A DNA stretch of 64,000 nt from the NCBI RefSeq assembly GCF_001194135.2, contig NC_068981.1, forward strand, positions 124,701,772-124,765,771, given 5' to 3'. This stretch comes from Octopus bimaculoides. Its lineage: Eukaryota. Made by a program: the position numbers and the translations under genes. Positions 51,884 through 64,000 of this stretch are shown in pieces. Every line of letters begins with the position of its first letter. Position 1 is the stretch's first letter. The notes beneath the pieces were generated by a model that did no database searches, had not been told where the DNA came from, and saw only the letters and a list, made by a program, of their open reading frames with translations.

Positions 51884-52989
51884 GTTTCAAATTTTGGCAC
51901 AATGCCAGCAATTTTATGGAGAGGAGGTTAGTTGAATACATCTACCCCAGTGCTCAACTGGTACTTATTTTATCAACCCCAAAGGGACAAAGTACAAAGT
52001 TGGCCATCGCAGAATTTGGACTCAGTATAAAAGAAACTGGAAGAAATGCCACTAAGCATTATAACCAACATGCTAACAGTTCTGCCAGTTTGCCACCTTA
52101 ATAATAACATTTAACATAGGCACAAGTTCACAAATTTTGGGGTTGGAGGCAGATTCAATTAAATAAGCTGCAGTGCTTGATTAACTTTCCCTTCATTCTT
52201 TGTCCAACTAATCCATAACAACAGATAAAAGAAACTGCATCAGTATTCACCTATCCTAATCTTGAAAACTTCAGATGACCTTAAATATGATGCCTAGCAC
52301 CTGTTTATTTGAGATATATATTGCAAAAAACAAATAAAAACTATTTTTTGTTGTATTTATTATATCTGCTTTTTAATCGATTAGAAAGCCCAAACAATGA
52401 GGCTAAATAAAACAGTTAATATTTTAATTTTTCGACCACACAAACATCATTTTCAAAAATGAAAGATGTACAGAAAATTCACCAAAGAAAGATATTTCAG
52501 TTGGTCTTCAGGCCTCAGATGAATTTCAGTGCATCATTCATCTTCTAAAAGAGCCTTTTGTTCAGTCAAAAGCGATAAAGAAGAAAATGAAAAATAAATA
52601 ATGAAAAATTATTTTCTTAATCTACATTGAATAGGCTTTCTGATCAGTTAAAAATCACCTAAACATAATGCTTCTATGTAACACATACTTTATGCTCTAG
52701 TTAAATATATAGTGTATGAATGTGTGCGTGTGTATAAAAAAATATACATACTACTCACACATACTTTAGGATTCAATAAATTATGTGTATAGACAAGGAC
52801 TGGTAAAAGGAATGTCCTATATGTCTAGATACTTTGAGTAGACACAGGTGTGAGTATCTGTGATGAAAGACACACATATCAATAACATGACATAACACAC
52901 AGGTGACTGACCCAAAACCATAAGACATCCAAACTACTTTACAAATATTAAATATGGTAGTTGCTAAAGTATAGTGTAATTCTTAATTA

Positions 52990-53607
52990 TAGGTGCAGGA
53001 GTGGCTGTGTGGTAAGTAGCTTGCTTACCAACCGCATGGTTCCGGGTTCATTCCCGCTGTGTGGTATCTTGGGCAAGTGCCTTCTACTATAGCCTCAGGC
53101 CGACCAAAGCCTTGTGAGTGGATTTGGTAGACAGAAACTGAAAGAAGCCCATCGTATNNNNNNNNNNNNNNNNNNNNNNNNNNNNNNNNNNNNNNNNNNN
53201 NNNNNNNNNNNNNNNNNNNNNNNNNNNNNNNNNNNNNNNNNNNNNNNNNNNNNNNNNNNNNNNNNNNNNNNNNNNNNNNNNNNNNNNNNNNNNNNNNNNN
53301 NNNNNNNNNNNNNNNNNNNNNNNNNNNNNNNNNNNNNNNNNNNNNNNNNNNNNNNNNNNNNNNNNNNNNNNNNNNNNNNNNNNNNNNTATATATATATAT
53401 GTATATGCTTGTGTCCCCCCAACATCGCTTGACAACCGACAGTGGTGTGTTTACGTCCCCGTAACTTAGCGGTTCGGCAAAATAGACCGATAGAATAAGT
53501 ACTAGGCTTACAAAGAATAAGTCCTGGGGTCAATTAGCTCGACTAAAGGTGGTGCTCCAGCATGGCCACAGTCAAATGACTGAAACAAGTAAAAGAGTAA
53601 AAGAGTA
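52990..53607 (+). mobile_element. tRNA-derived SINE, family C (full length, with an N-gap in its internal microsatellite)
   Basis: Head gcaggagtggctgtgtggtaag...ggttccgggttc; tail ggtgctccagcatggccacagtcaaatgactgaaacaagtaaaagag. Other copies at about 11330-11680(-), 22760-22960(-), 22990-23270(+), 23300-23465(-), 33245-33445(-), 39045-39125(+) and 41420-41560(-). Confidence 0.85.
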
Positions 53608-53950
53608 ATACAAGAATGAGAGGAGGGGGCACCATAAAGAATTTCAACGGAAAAAATATTTTCATACATTTAGAACAAGTCAGTCAAGTAAACCACCATC
53701 TTTTTCTATGTGTTATTCAAGAAAGGATTTCAACTGAGAATTTAAACCAACAAAATACATCAGTTGTTCAATACTACCAACCTCACTACTGAGATACACT
53801 GTAGTTTATTAAGTTAAACTATACTTTCCAGCAATAACATTATTAAGTTAAACAATATCTTCCAGTAATAAACTGTAGCTTCCAGCAAAGAATTGCAACT
53901 TACTGGATGAAATGTACCTTCCAGCAATGAGCTGCACCTTATTTAGTTAA

Positions 53951-54160
53951 AACCTTTAGCATTTAAACTAGCCAGATCCCACCCAAATATTCTACTTGTA
54001 CTATGTTCTAACTGGCCATAACCAGCCTCTCACACTTACCCTGCAATGTCTAAAAATAAACAATCACCTCATTGAACTCTCAAAGATAATGCCTGATTAG
54101 TTCAAAACAATGTGAACAAATAAGCATTAAAATTTGACAGAATAGTCTGAACACTAGAAG
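53951..54160. mobile_element. piggyBac-type MITE copy, eroded
   Basis: TTAA-aacctttagcatttaaac followed by the same internal motifs. Confidence 0.65.
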
Positions 54161-57100
54161 AACCTTGTACTTTTCAGGAGTGAACTGCACATTACTGAGC
54201 TAAACTGTACATTCCAGCTATGAACTGAGTAAAACTATATTTTCTAACAGAAAGCTGAATCTTCCATCAGTGAACGGCACCTTTTATCAGAAATAGGGAT
54301 ACGGTACAAATAAAGAGCCTTTTGAATGATGGGCCATTAAACCAGTATTAAATCAGCTAAAAACTCACAAAGTAGGTAGGATATGAATGAAAAGAAATTA
54401 AAAATGAAATCCAGAGTTTAAATTAATTGACACTTGAAGACATTTTCATCAACAACTAAGTTAGTGTAATTTAACAGTTTACATACCAGGAGCCCTAATG
54501 AACTACCTTGGTAAATATTTTATTTCTATTGTAAAGCATTCATTATTCAAGATTTGTGTCATAAAATAGACAGAAAGATGTGACATCTGGTATCATTGCT
54601 TAATATTATTAGATAACTGTATTTCTATCTGAAATATATTGTAAATGTAGAATTTGCAAGGGATGATATATGTAAATGAAGTTGCAAATGATAAGCTACA
54701 AAGGAAAATCTGTGGAATAGATTTCTTTTTTGTATATGAAGTCAGAAATTAAAGATTGTGGATTTATAATTTCAGAGTAAGCCAATTACTATTATTTCTT
54801 TTTTTTTTTTTTTTTTTTTTTTTTCTCACATAATTCTGTAAAAAGGAGCATGTATTCATACAGACAGAAACTAATTAATGTGTAACATGTATATGTAAAG
54901 CAATTCTAAACAATATCATTTTGCAGTTCAAGGCTGAACAAGTAATGTAGTAAACAGAACGATTGCAAACAAAGTTTTCATATACTAATGTGTCTATCGT
55001 GAATTTACCAAGTGTTTTTTTAACAAAGTATTATTTTACTTCATCAGTGCAATAAATTAAAAGCAGTTGCTAATGACAACATATTTGTACATCTTTAAAT
55101 GTTTTAAAAGATATAGGAGACTTTTCATTGGATAATACGTTGGTTAGCAAATACATCATGATTATTTAAAGCACACAAATACTATTGAATTTGTGGCAGT
55201 ATTATACATTACAATGCATAAAAAGAAATAAATATCTATCATGTGTTTGTCATTTGGTCATTGGTACTATTCAATAGATGCAAAGGCACAGGGTCAGTAA
55301 ATTATAAATGTACCACATCTGTTAACACTTTATAGTATATATTAAACTATTACTAAATGAAACAAAAGGGATTATATTGTGTGTTTTAATATTGTTATGC
55401 TGTCTCTTTCATGATGTAATTGTTTCAGTTTCAACACAGTGTCGGGTTAAATCACTTGTCAAACATGTAGACCTCTGAAATCATGTTATGTTGCTTTTCA
55501 ACAAATGTGATGGACTCTAATTATAGGTAGAAAGAAAAATAAATAAATAAATAAATGAAAACACACAAAGTGACCAAAATAGAGAGAACATCTAACTAGA
55601 AATAAACAGAGAAAAAAATGATTGTATGATTAAAGATTGAAGCAGACCATAGACCATCCAATTAGAAGATGATTTTCTAAGAAGTAAATCAGTAATGACT
55701 ATGTTATGAAGCAAAGGAACCATTTCTACTCAATAGTTAGAGGAATGAGAAAATATAAACATAGCCATCATCATGGATGGAAATTAATGAAATTAGTACA
55801 AAAGACTTTGGGGAAATAAGAGTGACATTGGTTTTTTTTTTTTTTTTTTTTAAATCATATTTCCATTTGTTTCTTCCTTCAGAATTAACAAACATCACCC
55901 ACATGTATATCTGTAGTCCACATATACACTACTAAGTGTTTTCAAGAGTGCAAGGGTTACAATGTAATTACATCATGTATATAATGAATGTCTAAAGTAA
56001 TGCTTTCTTTGACTTTGGTGGGAGTCTATGCATCAATACTAAGTTGTTTATGTAGTAGTTTCTGCACTCACTCTTATCAAGATGCACAGTTTCCACAATT
56101 TCGGAGACCACTAAACAATAGATACTAATCCTTATAAGGTTGAAAGTCCATCTGGTTGGAGGAAAAAGAATATGTGAACTCTTCTTTAGTTACAAAGGGG
56201 CTGCACAATTGGGATATTTACACAGATTACTTGTGAGGACCAATGACCCACTCTCTTCTCTATAGGTGGTCAATACTGTCGCAACTGCTATAACATGTGT
56301 TTGCATGTGTATTCCTAAAGCACACCTGAAACAACTTTTCAGGCACGTTATCACATGCCAAAATGCGTGATAATTTCACTACCGCCTTGTACTATGAAGG
56401 AAAAAGATAACTATGTTGATCCAGTTAATACACACTTATGAATACATAAATATTTGCAGACACATATACACGAGATTGAAAATACTTAATTTCTGTAGCA
56501 TGAATCAAAGTATCAAAATCTGTGTCTGTCTTCTAAAAATAATCACAAAGCAATCTATCAGACATTCATTGACTGAATAACAAGAAAAATAAGTTGAGAA
56601 AGGCACACACAGATTTTATATATCATGATCATCATATATATATGATTTAATAGCTAGTAAAATATTATTTGAAAATAGTACCTTTCCACATATCTCTTCA
56701 GTCTCAGTTTATCTAGAAGGAATACTTTCACTGAGCCCCATGTTTGAAAGAGACTTGATGTGTTTATGTTACGAGAGGCTAGCAATTACATAAGTTTCCC
56801 CACTTCTTCAGGCATCATAGCTTTACTGAAGGTCAGCATTTCAAACCTTAAAATTATTTCATCAATCTCGACTCTTGAAATACATAAGGTCACACTTAAT
56901 AATCTACAGTAAATTGTAACATAATTCTTTACAAAAAGGATTCAAAAACAATAACTATGTTTAGAGAAAATATAATGGCAACAGCAAAATATGTAATGCC
57001 TGAAATTAAAATAAAGGAAAACATATCTCCAAAGAATGGCTAGCGCTACGACTTTATTTACTACTTTTAGACCATTCAGGGTTGAAATAAAAATTTATAG

Positions 57101-58149
57101 GCAATAAAGTGAAAAAATTAAAATTGTGCTGTTTAAAATATAAAAAAAAAAATTTTTTTAATTTTGAAAAGAAACAGAAAAAAAACAAATCAAAAATGTT
57201 TTTAGTCATTATATCCTAATTCTATTGAAAATTAACTCAAGTAAGCCAATGTTGTTTTACAAACATGAAACGTTCATTTTTCCCAAAAGGAAAGAAAGAA
57301 AAACAGAAAATAAGTAAAATTAAAAAAAAAAGGAAAAAAGGCTGAAGCTAAGCAGGCAAAAGTCAGTTATAAATAACATTAATCATCTAAAAAGATCATT
57401 TCTTTATAATTAACCTGCTGATCTGAAACAAAACTCATAAAGCAAGCAGAAAATAGATGGTATGGTTGCGTGAATTTTAAAATGTGTAACAGTAACAAAC
57501 AAATAAATTTATAATAGATAATTTTGTAACAGAAGACATCAAAATTGTATATGAGCAGAGATAAAGAGAAAGAGTGAGCCGAGCAAAATTAAAACAAAAT
57601 TTGGTTTGAAAATAAAGAATTCTGGATTGCCAAGTCTAAATTTGCGTGGATAATGTAAGTTGTTTAGATTAATGGGAAATACTCAGAATATTAGAATTTG
57701 CTAATTTTGGCAAAGTTATGAACTGAAATACAATGGCAAAAATGAAAATAACAATAACAACAACAAAGATAGGGGATGTTCTAATGTCAACAGTGTCCTA
57801 ACATCCAACAAGGTAGGTAAGAGAGATTTGAACCTGTGAGAAACCAAATTCTTGTTGTTTTGGAAGGAGGAAGAGAATAACAGGAAGACGAATAATCAAA
57901 ACCACAATAGAACAACCAATGATGATGAATATAAACCAAGTAACAAAACAAATAATTGCAAAACTCAAGAACTAATACTACTAAAAGACTGCTAAAAGTG
58001 GGAGACAGCAACATAAGATATTAAATGGTTGAAAAAAATATAATAATAAAAAAATAAATAAATCTATTAGCAGCTTTTTTTTTTTTAAATCTTTATTTAT
58101 GCAGCAATAGCAGTAGCAGCAGTTGTGTTGAAGTGATCAAACAATAAGT

Positions 58150-58159
58150 AGTGGTGGTG

Positions 58160-58234
<75 letters not shown>

Positions 58235-58270
58235 ATAGTAGAAGAAATGATGATGATGATGATGATGATG
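58150..58270. repeat. Trinucleotide microsatellites (GGT)n(AGT)n(GAT)n
   Basis: Read directly. (TAA)n(CAA)n also occurs at 31500-31555 and (TAA)n at 51848-51882. Confidence 0.95.
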
Positions 58271-58543
58271 TTTATAATAAACTACAGACATAAACATAAA
58301 AATGAAAAACTATGCATGTGTAGCAATCAAAGGAGAATGAAAAACAGGAAAGAATCATCATACAAAAGTTAACAGAAAAAAATGACAATGAATAAGTGTG
58401 TGCCTAACCTCTGTGCATGTTTATATGTATGTATATGTATGTATGTATATGTACATATATACACACATACTTGCATACATACACATTCACACACACCCAC
58501 AAGCACACACGGAGCAACACATACACACAGGCATATATACATG

Positions 58544-58577
<34 letters not shown>

Positions 58578-58587
58578 NNNNNNNNNN

Positions 58588-58632
<45 letters not shown>

Positions 58633-58724
58633 AGGTAGGAAGACTGAGAACAATCACTGGAGGGAGCGCAGTGTGACTTGACTGACAAGGGGATCACTTG
58701 TTGTCCAGATCAGGGAACACTTAC

Positions 58725-58751
58725 CTCAACGTTATTCAGCACTCGAGGGGA
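58725..58751 (-). CDS. OXSR1: OSR1/SPAK-like kinase 27-nt exon: SPRVLNNVE
   Basis: Strong acceptor ctcctttttcag, donor gtaagt, phase 0 to 0. Corresponds to the short SPRVKESISNSE segment that follows the WEW motif region in human OSR1. Confidence 0.88.
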
Positions 58752-60322
58752 CTGAAAAAGGAGTTATAATGAAAAGAAATGGTGAGTACATTAAACACTT
58801 GTGGGGATTAATGGAGGGGAGGAGAAGAATGAATAAGAGAAAGTGGAGAAGGGAAAGTCATATTTACACATCATTAACTTCAGCACAACAGATACCCTAG
58901 CCATGGAACCAATCAAAACACTCAGACACACATTTCAGTACTTTATATGTTCATTACAAAAGATTGCATCTTTCTGTGACTTACAGTTATCATTACAAGC
59001 ATACCTTATGGCATCAACACATCACAAAAAAAGTCTGCAATTTTGACTTTGACTACACACACATACACACACACACGCACGTGTATGTGTGTGTGGTTTG
59101 TGTATATGCTTTTGTCACCAATCACCTAATTTGAATTTCACTTTGGATTGCAAATGAAAGCATGGTGATAATTTATATCAAAAGAATAATAAAATGCATT
59201 TAGGAAAGTAGCATTTGTCAAATATTGATTTGAGATACGATAACTCAGAAAATATATGAGTTACCTTTAAAAGAAAAAGAGACAGTATATATGAGTGTGT
59301 TTTATCTTCAATGTTTAAATTGGCTCTGATGCATTATTCAATTCATGTGCAAGTTACATACGATGATCTGTAATAATTAGCCAATAAACAGGTTTTTGTC
59401 TCAATACCAGCTAGAAATTTTCTGCATTTTCTTTAAATGAATATTTATATGACAATCCCAATGGTTGCCTGAAGGAAACTCAAGAGTAGCAACAGAGAAG
59501 ACATAAATAGAATAAATTTAATAACTATGCTTTATAAAATGTATTGAGTACATAGAAGAGTTATACCATGATATATAGGATACAGAAAGGCAACTTAAGT
59601 TTCATGAGGTGGCATGTTGACTATCCTCAAGAGCACAATTTTTGACTGTACCAACATTTATTATGCTAAAAACAAATATGGTTACAAAGGGTTTGTGAAA
59701 GTGACTGCTAACGAAGATGAAAAATTTATCAAAAGTAAGAAATTGTGTAAATGTAAGAGGGGCAATAACAGCTTGAAAGTCAGTATACATGAGACGTAAT
59801 CTGACAAAAAAAGTACATAAATAAGAGACACTGACCTTCATACATTTACTCAATTTCTCATATCTCATTCACCTGTTTTCATAGTCAAATACTGTTTTTC
59901 ATGAGTACAATCAACAAGCCAAAAACACCTCAGAGAAAAAATGACATCAGACCTTCTGTATCCAGAGTATTATAGAAAAACTATACATATGTTGAATATA
60001 TATGTATATGCACATAAACATACACACAAATATATATATTATCATCATTTTAATATCTACTTTCCCATGATTACAGGGAGCAGATAAGTTTCTTTGTATG
60101 CATTACATATATATACACACACAGACACACACACATATGTATGTATATGATGACGAAGATGATTAAATGATCTACAAAACCACTTTCCATATAGATTCAA
60201 CAAATAGTCTAAAATGTGTGTGTGTGTGTGTAGATGTATCACACACATGTACATTTGATTTAAACATTAAAACTATATAAATTACAATGATTTCAACTCT
60301 TTTAAACCCAGAATGATATATA

Positions 60323-60361
<39 letters not shown>

Positions 60362-60914
60362 TATCATATCACAGGATGAAACTGAAACAACACAAAAAAA
60401 AAAAAATTAACTGTTCAACTGTTCAGAAATGGAAACCAATTGATAAGCGTCTACATACAGCAGAACAAATTATAATTGAAAATGTAGAGGATATATAGGT
60501 ATAAATGCCGCCCTTAACCATCAATAACTTATATGCAACACCACTTTGCATACTCATATGTGCATGTGTTAAAGCACATACTCCAATGCATGTATATATA
60601 CAAATACAATATGCATATGATGGTTCTTTCACAAAACATACTTTTATGAAAATAACAAAGCCATAACATTATATGTAATCCATTTGGCTTGCATCAAATT
60701 CTACTAACGCATGACAACTGAGAGCTGTGGTGTATACTGTGCTCTCTGATAGATAATAGTTTTAAGGCACTAACATGCTGTAATAAGTGCCAAGCAGATC
60801 AGAAATGTACTGCAAAATAATAACAAAAACAAGTAGCCTCAAGCAAAGTAGCACAAAAACAAATCCACGACGACTCTTAATCATCATTTAAAAAAAAATA
60901 ATAGTATATTCAAA

Positions 60915-60947
<33 letters not shown>

Positions 60948-61304
60948 NNNNNNNNNNNNNNNNNNNNNNNNNNNNNNNNNNNNNNNNNNNNNNNNNNNNN
61001 NNNNNNNNNNNNNNNNNNNNNNNNNNNNNNNNNNNNNNNNNNNNNNNNNNNNNNNNNNNNNNNNNNNNNNNNNNNNNNNNNNNNNNNNNNNNNNNNNNNN
61101 NNNNNNNNNNNNNNNNNNNNNNNNNNNNNNNNNNNNNNNNNNNNNNNNNNNNNNNNNNNNNNNNNNNNNNNNNNNNNNNNNNNNNNNNNNNNNNNNNNNN
61201 NNNNNNNNNNNNNNNNNNNNNNNNNNNNNNNNNNNNNNNNNNNNNNNNNNNNNNNNNNNNNNNNNNNNNNNNNNNNNNNNNNNNNNNNNNNNNNNNNNNN
61301 NNNN

Positions 61305-61340
<36 letters not shown>

Positions 61341-61358
61341 CATTCATCCATATAGATA

Positions 61359-62247
61359 AGAGGTCTGATCAATAAATACCTGGACTGTTGCCATAGAAAT
61401 GAATTTAATGCACACAGAGTGAAGCTGCTTGGCAAAGATTGGCCTTGAACTCTACTGTGCATGTGCACTAAGTTTTAACATTCTAGCTCACTTCCGCTGT
61501 TTACAGCAGTGCTTGGAAGGAAGGTGTGGAGGAAATGATTGTTGCAATGACCATGACAGAGAAAGTTGTCATGGCGATACCTGCTCAGAGGCCTATGCAA
61601 AGTTGCAGAAAGTGTATGGAGAGGAGTGTATGAGCCACAAACAAGTGTACGAGTGGTTGAGACATTTTCAAGATGGCCGAAAATATGCCGATATTGACAA
61701 ACGTTCTGGGAGACCCACAACCAACAGAACTGAGAAAAATACAGCTCAGAGGAAATCATCGAATCACCATCCAAGAATTATCAGAGGATGTGTAGATTAA
61801 TTATGGTTCAGTTCAGAGCATTATGACTGAAGATTTACGCATGAGATGTGTGTCTGCCAAATCTGCGTCAAAACTGTTTTCGGCTGACCAAAAAGACACA
61901 CGGGCTTCAGTTGCACAAGATCTTGATTGATTGTGTTGAGAACAATGAAAACTTTTTTAAAACTTTGCTATGCGTAAAACTTTGCTACGAGTAAGTATTA
62001 CCAAGCTTTTGGCAAAATCTGATGCAGATTCTCTGCTCAACTTCCTCTATCATGGTTAATGTGTCAATCACACACTACACACCTTTCTTTCAAGCATTGC
62101 TGTAAACAGCAGAAGTGATCTAGAACATTAAAACTTAGTGTGCATGCACAGCAGAGTTCAAGGTCAATCTGTATCAAGCAGCTTCACTCTGTGTGCTTTA
62201 GCTTCGTTAATATAGTAACAGCTCAGATACTTATTAATCAGACCACA
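61359..62247 (+). mobile_element. Non-autonomous mariner derivative with about 170-bp inverted repeats
   Basis: TA at both ends; arms at 61359-61528 and 62078-62247. The interior encodes only an N-terminal transposase: EAYAKLQKVYGEECMSHKQVYEWLRHFQDGR...KRSGRPTT. Confidence 0.88.
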
Positions 62248-62954
62248 TATGCACATATATAGACACACATATGTGCATAGATATATATGCACACACAAAT
62301 ATATATACACATACACACACAAAACTTATACGTAAACATACATTTACAAAAATACACACATATACAGATGTGTACAAACATGAATAAGCACACACATGTA
62401 GATACACATAAAATATTTACATTTATACACACACACATATCATTAGCTTTAAGTCAGTTTTTTTCCTTGATTGATCTCAGCTAAGTGATTATATTAATTA
62501 ACTTTTCTCACAAGCAGATACCCTTCTTATCATTAACCTTTACCTGTGTTTCAAATAAGGGATACTGCATTGAGGGTATGAACTGAGTGCACAACTTCTC
62601 CAAAATTAACACTGTTTACTATGAGAGGTTTGCATACATAGCAAATATAAACAAGCACACATGCACATATATACATATGCATGTACAAATATATGTATAT
62701 GTATACATATACACATATTCAGTTGCAATGTAAGATTTTATAACATTATAAATTGCATTATCATTACACATATTTCACTAGCAAACATTAGTATATTATG
62801 CAATAATTGTTATGAAGACAATCACATAATCTCCCTATACATCAGATCATCATAAGAAAACTGTAATTTAGTTCATTGTTGGTTATCAATGTTGCGAGGC
62901 AAATATAAAATATTGTTTACATCTGCCTACCTATAATGGATTTACTTACAATTC

Positions 62955-63051
62955 TCTTCTGATGATCAAGCATATAGAGTGATAATGCAATTGTCTTTGT
63001 AGTGAGTATTGCACAGTATACTGGTGTATGCTAGGGAAACACGTGTAAAGA
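62955..63051 (+). ncRNA. Type-I hammerhead ribozyme fold (PLE-type, palindromic stem III)
   Basis: tctt CTGATGA t CAAGCATATA...TGTATGCTAG g GAAA CACGTG TA aaga. Perfect core, 4-bp stem I, about 10-bp stem II base with an inner tgcaat/attgca helix. Confidence 0.75.
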
Positions 63052-63163
63052 CTCTTGAGATTTATGATATAATAATGATTAAAAAATTGTTTCAAATGAA
63101 TCCTGTGTTTTATTCTGATCTTGATATACACAAGCACAGATAGAAGGGGATACATATGCAGAT

Positions 63164-63246
<83 letters not shown>

Positions 63247-63938
63247 AAAGTATCGAATAGTGACAGTGAGTGCACATTGATGGATAGATATTCTTTACAT
63301 GTGGGTTAACAAGGCTACCGTTCATTTCATGCTAAGACACATTTCTCAGCAATTATCAAGCCTGTCACATGGGATATTGGCACTCATCTCCATCTTGGAA
63401 GAGAATACAAGATGCTACACAAGACTGTACAGGATTCAAGAATAAATAAGTAAATATACATATTAATCGAAATAACTTATTAGAAAATCTTAATTGTTGT
63501 AGTCCTGGAATTTTTCTTACAAGTTGCATGCACCATAGATTGATAAAGCTGATATCAATTTTGTGTCAAAATATATGAAATTACTTAATTATGTGTAACT
63601 ACTCAAACACAAACAAAAAACATACGGCAGGTGTGTGTTTGTGTGCCTCTGCATATGTGTGTGTAGTGTTTTCTTTGCTCGAGGACCTACATTCTCAGAT
63701 ACTTTCACAGGCAACACCAGTATGAAAAGTTTTCATTCTTATCATTCATGGTGTGAAACTGAGAATTACCATTTGTTAATAACTGGCAAAGAATTAGGGA
63801 CCATCTGAGTTTGCCACCCATCAGTATACATGTTTTTTAATGTGTTTATTTAATATGCATTTTTAATTTCTCAAGTAATGGTACGCAAAGCACACCCAAC
63901 CTTATATGTATTAATATATAGAAGCATACATATATGTA

Positions 63939-64000
<62 letters not shown>

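Noticed and set aside
52485-52512. Minus-strand CTGAAGA-ccaact-GAAA
   Set aside because: No stem II pairing and no stem III or NUH triplet, so it is a chance match.
58752-64000. Expected upstream exon with RRVPGSSGRLHK...WEWSDDE
   Set aside because: Searched and not found. It presumably lies beyond the window or in the 60948-61304 gap.

Overview
AT-rich eukaryotic genomic DNA, dense in microsatellites and transposons, with 8 N-gaps. The repeat content points to a coleoid cephalopod, probably Octopus (inference). The window holds the 3' part of one minus-strand gene, an OSR1/SPAK-family Ste20 kinase (OXSR1/STK39/frayed-like). I rebuilt seven phase-compatible exons by hand: 58725-58751, 30621-31334, 15223-15263, 13628-13680, 8930-8998, 1922-1986 and 1010-1108. 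They encode SPRVLNNVE, a 238-aa S/T/P/A-rich linker, and a complete CCT domain ([108 protein letters not shown]). The kinase-domain exons lie beyond 64000. The introns contain several SINE families, decayed Tc1/mariner elements (mariner, maT-like, DD34E Tc1, TRT-like), a piggyBac remnant with TTAA MITEs, RTE-like LINE pieces and Penelope-like (PLE) remnants. The most notable non-coding signal is three type-I hammerhead ribozyme folds that share an invariant GAAACACGTGTA palindromic stem III and carry long, unrelated stem II helices. One of them is in the sense orientation of the kinase pre-mRNA. A fourth, different hammerhead-like motif sits in a PLE inverted repeat. Also notable: a candidate 6-nt poison microexon and long intronic inverted repeats near the large linker exon. 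Most ORFs in the supplied track are microsatellite or N-gap artefacts. All coordinates were counted by eye, and repeat boundaries are approximate.
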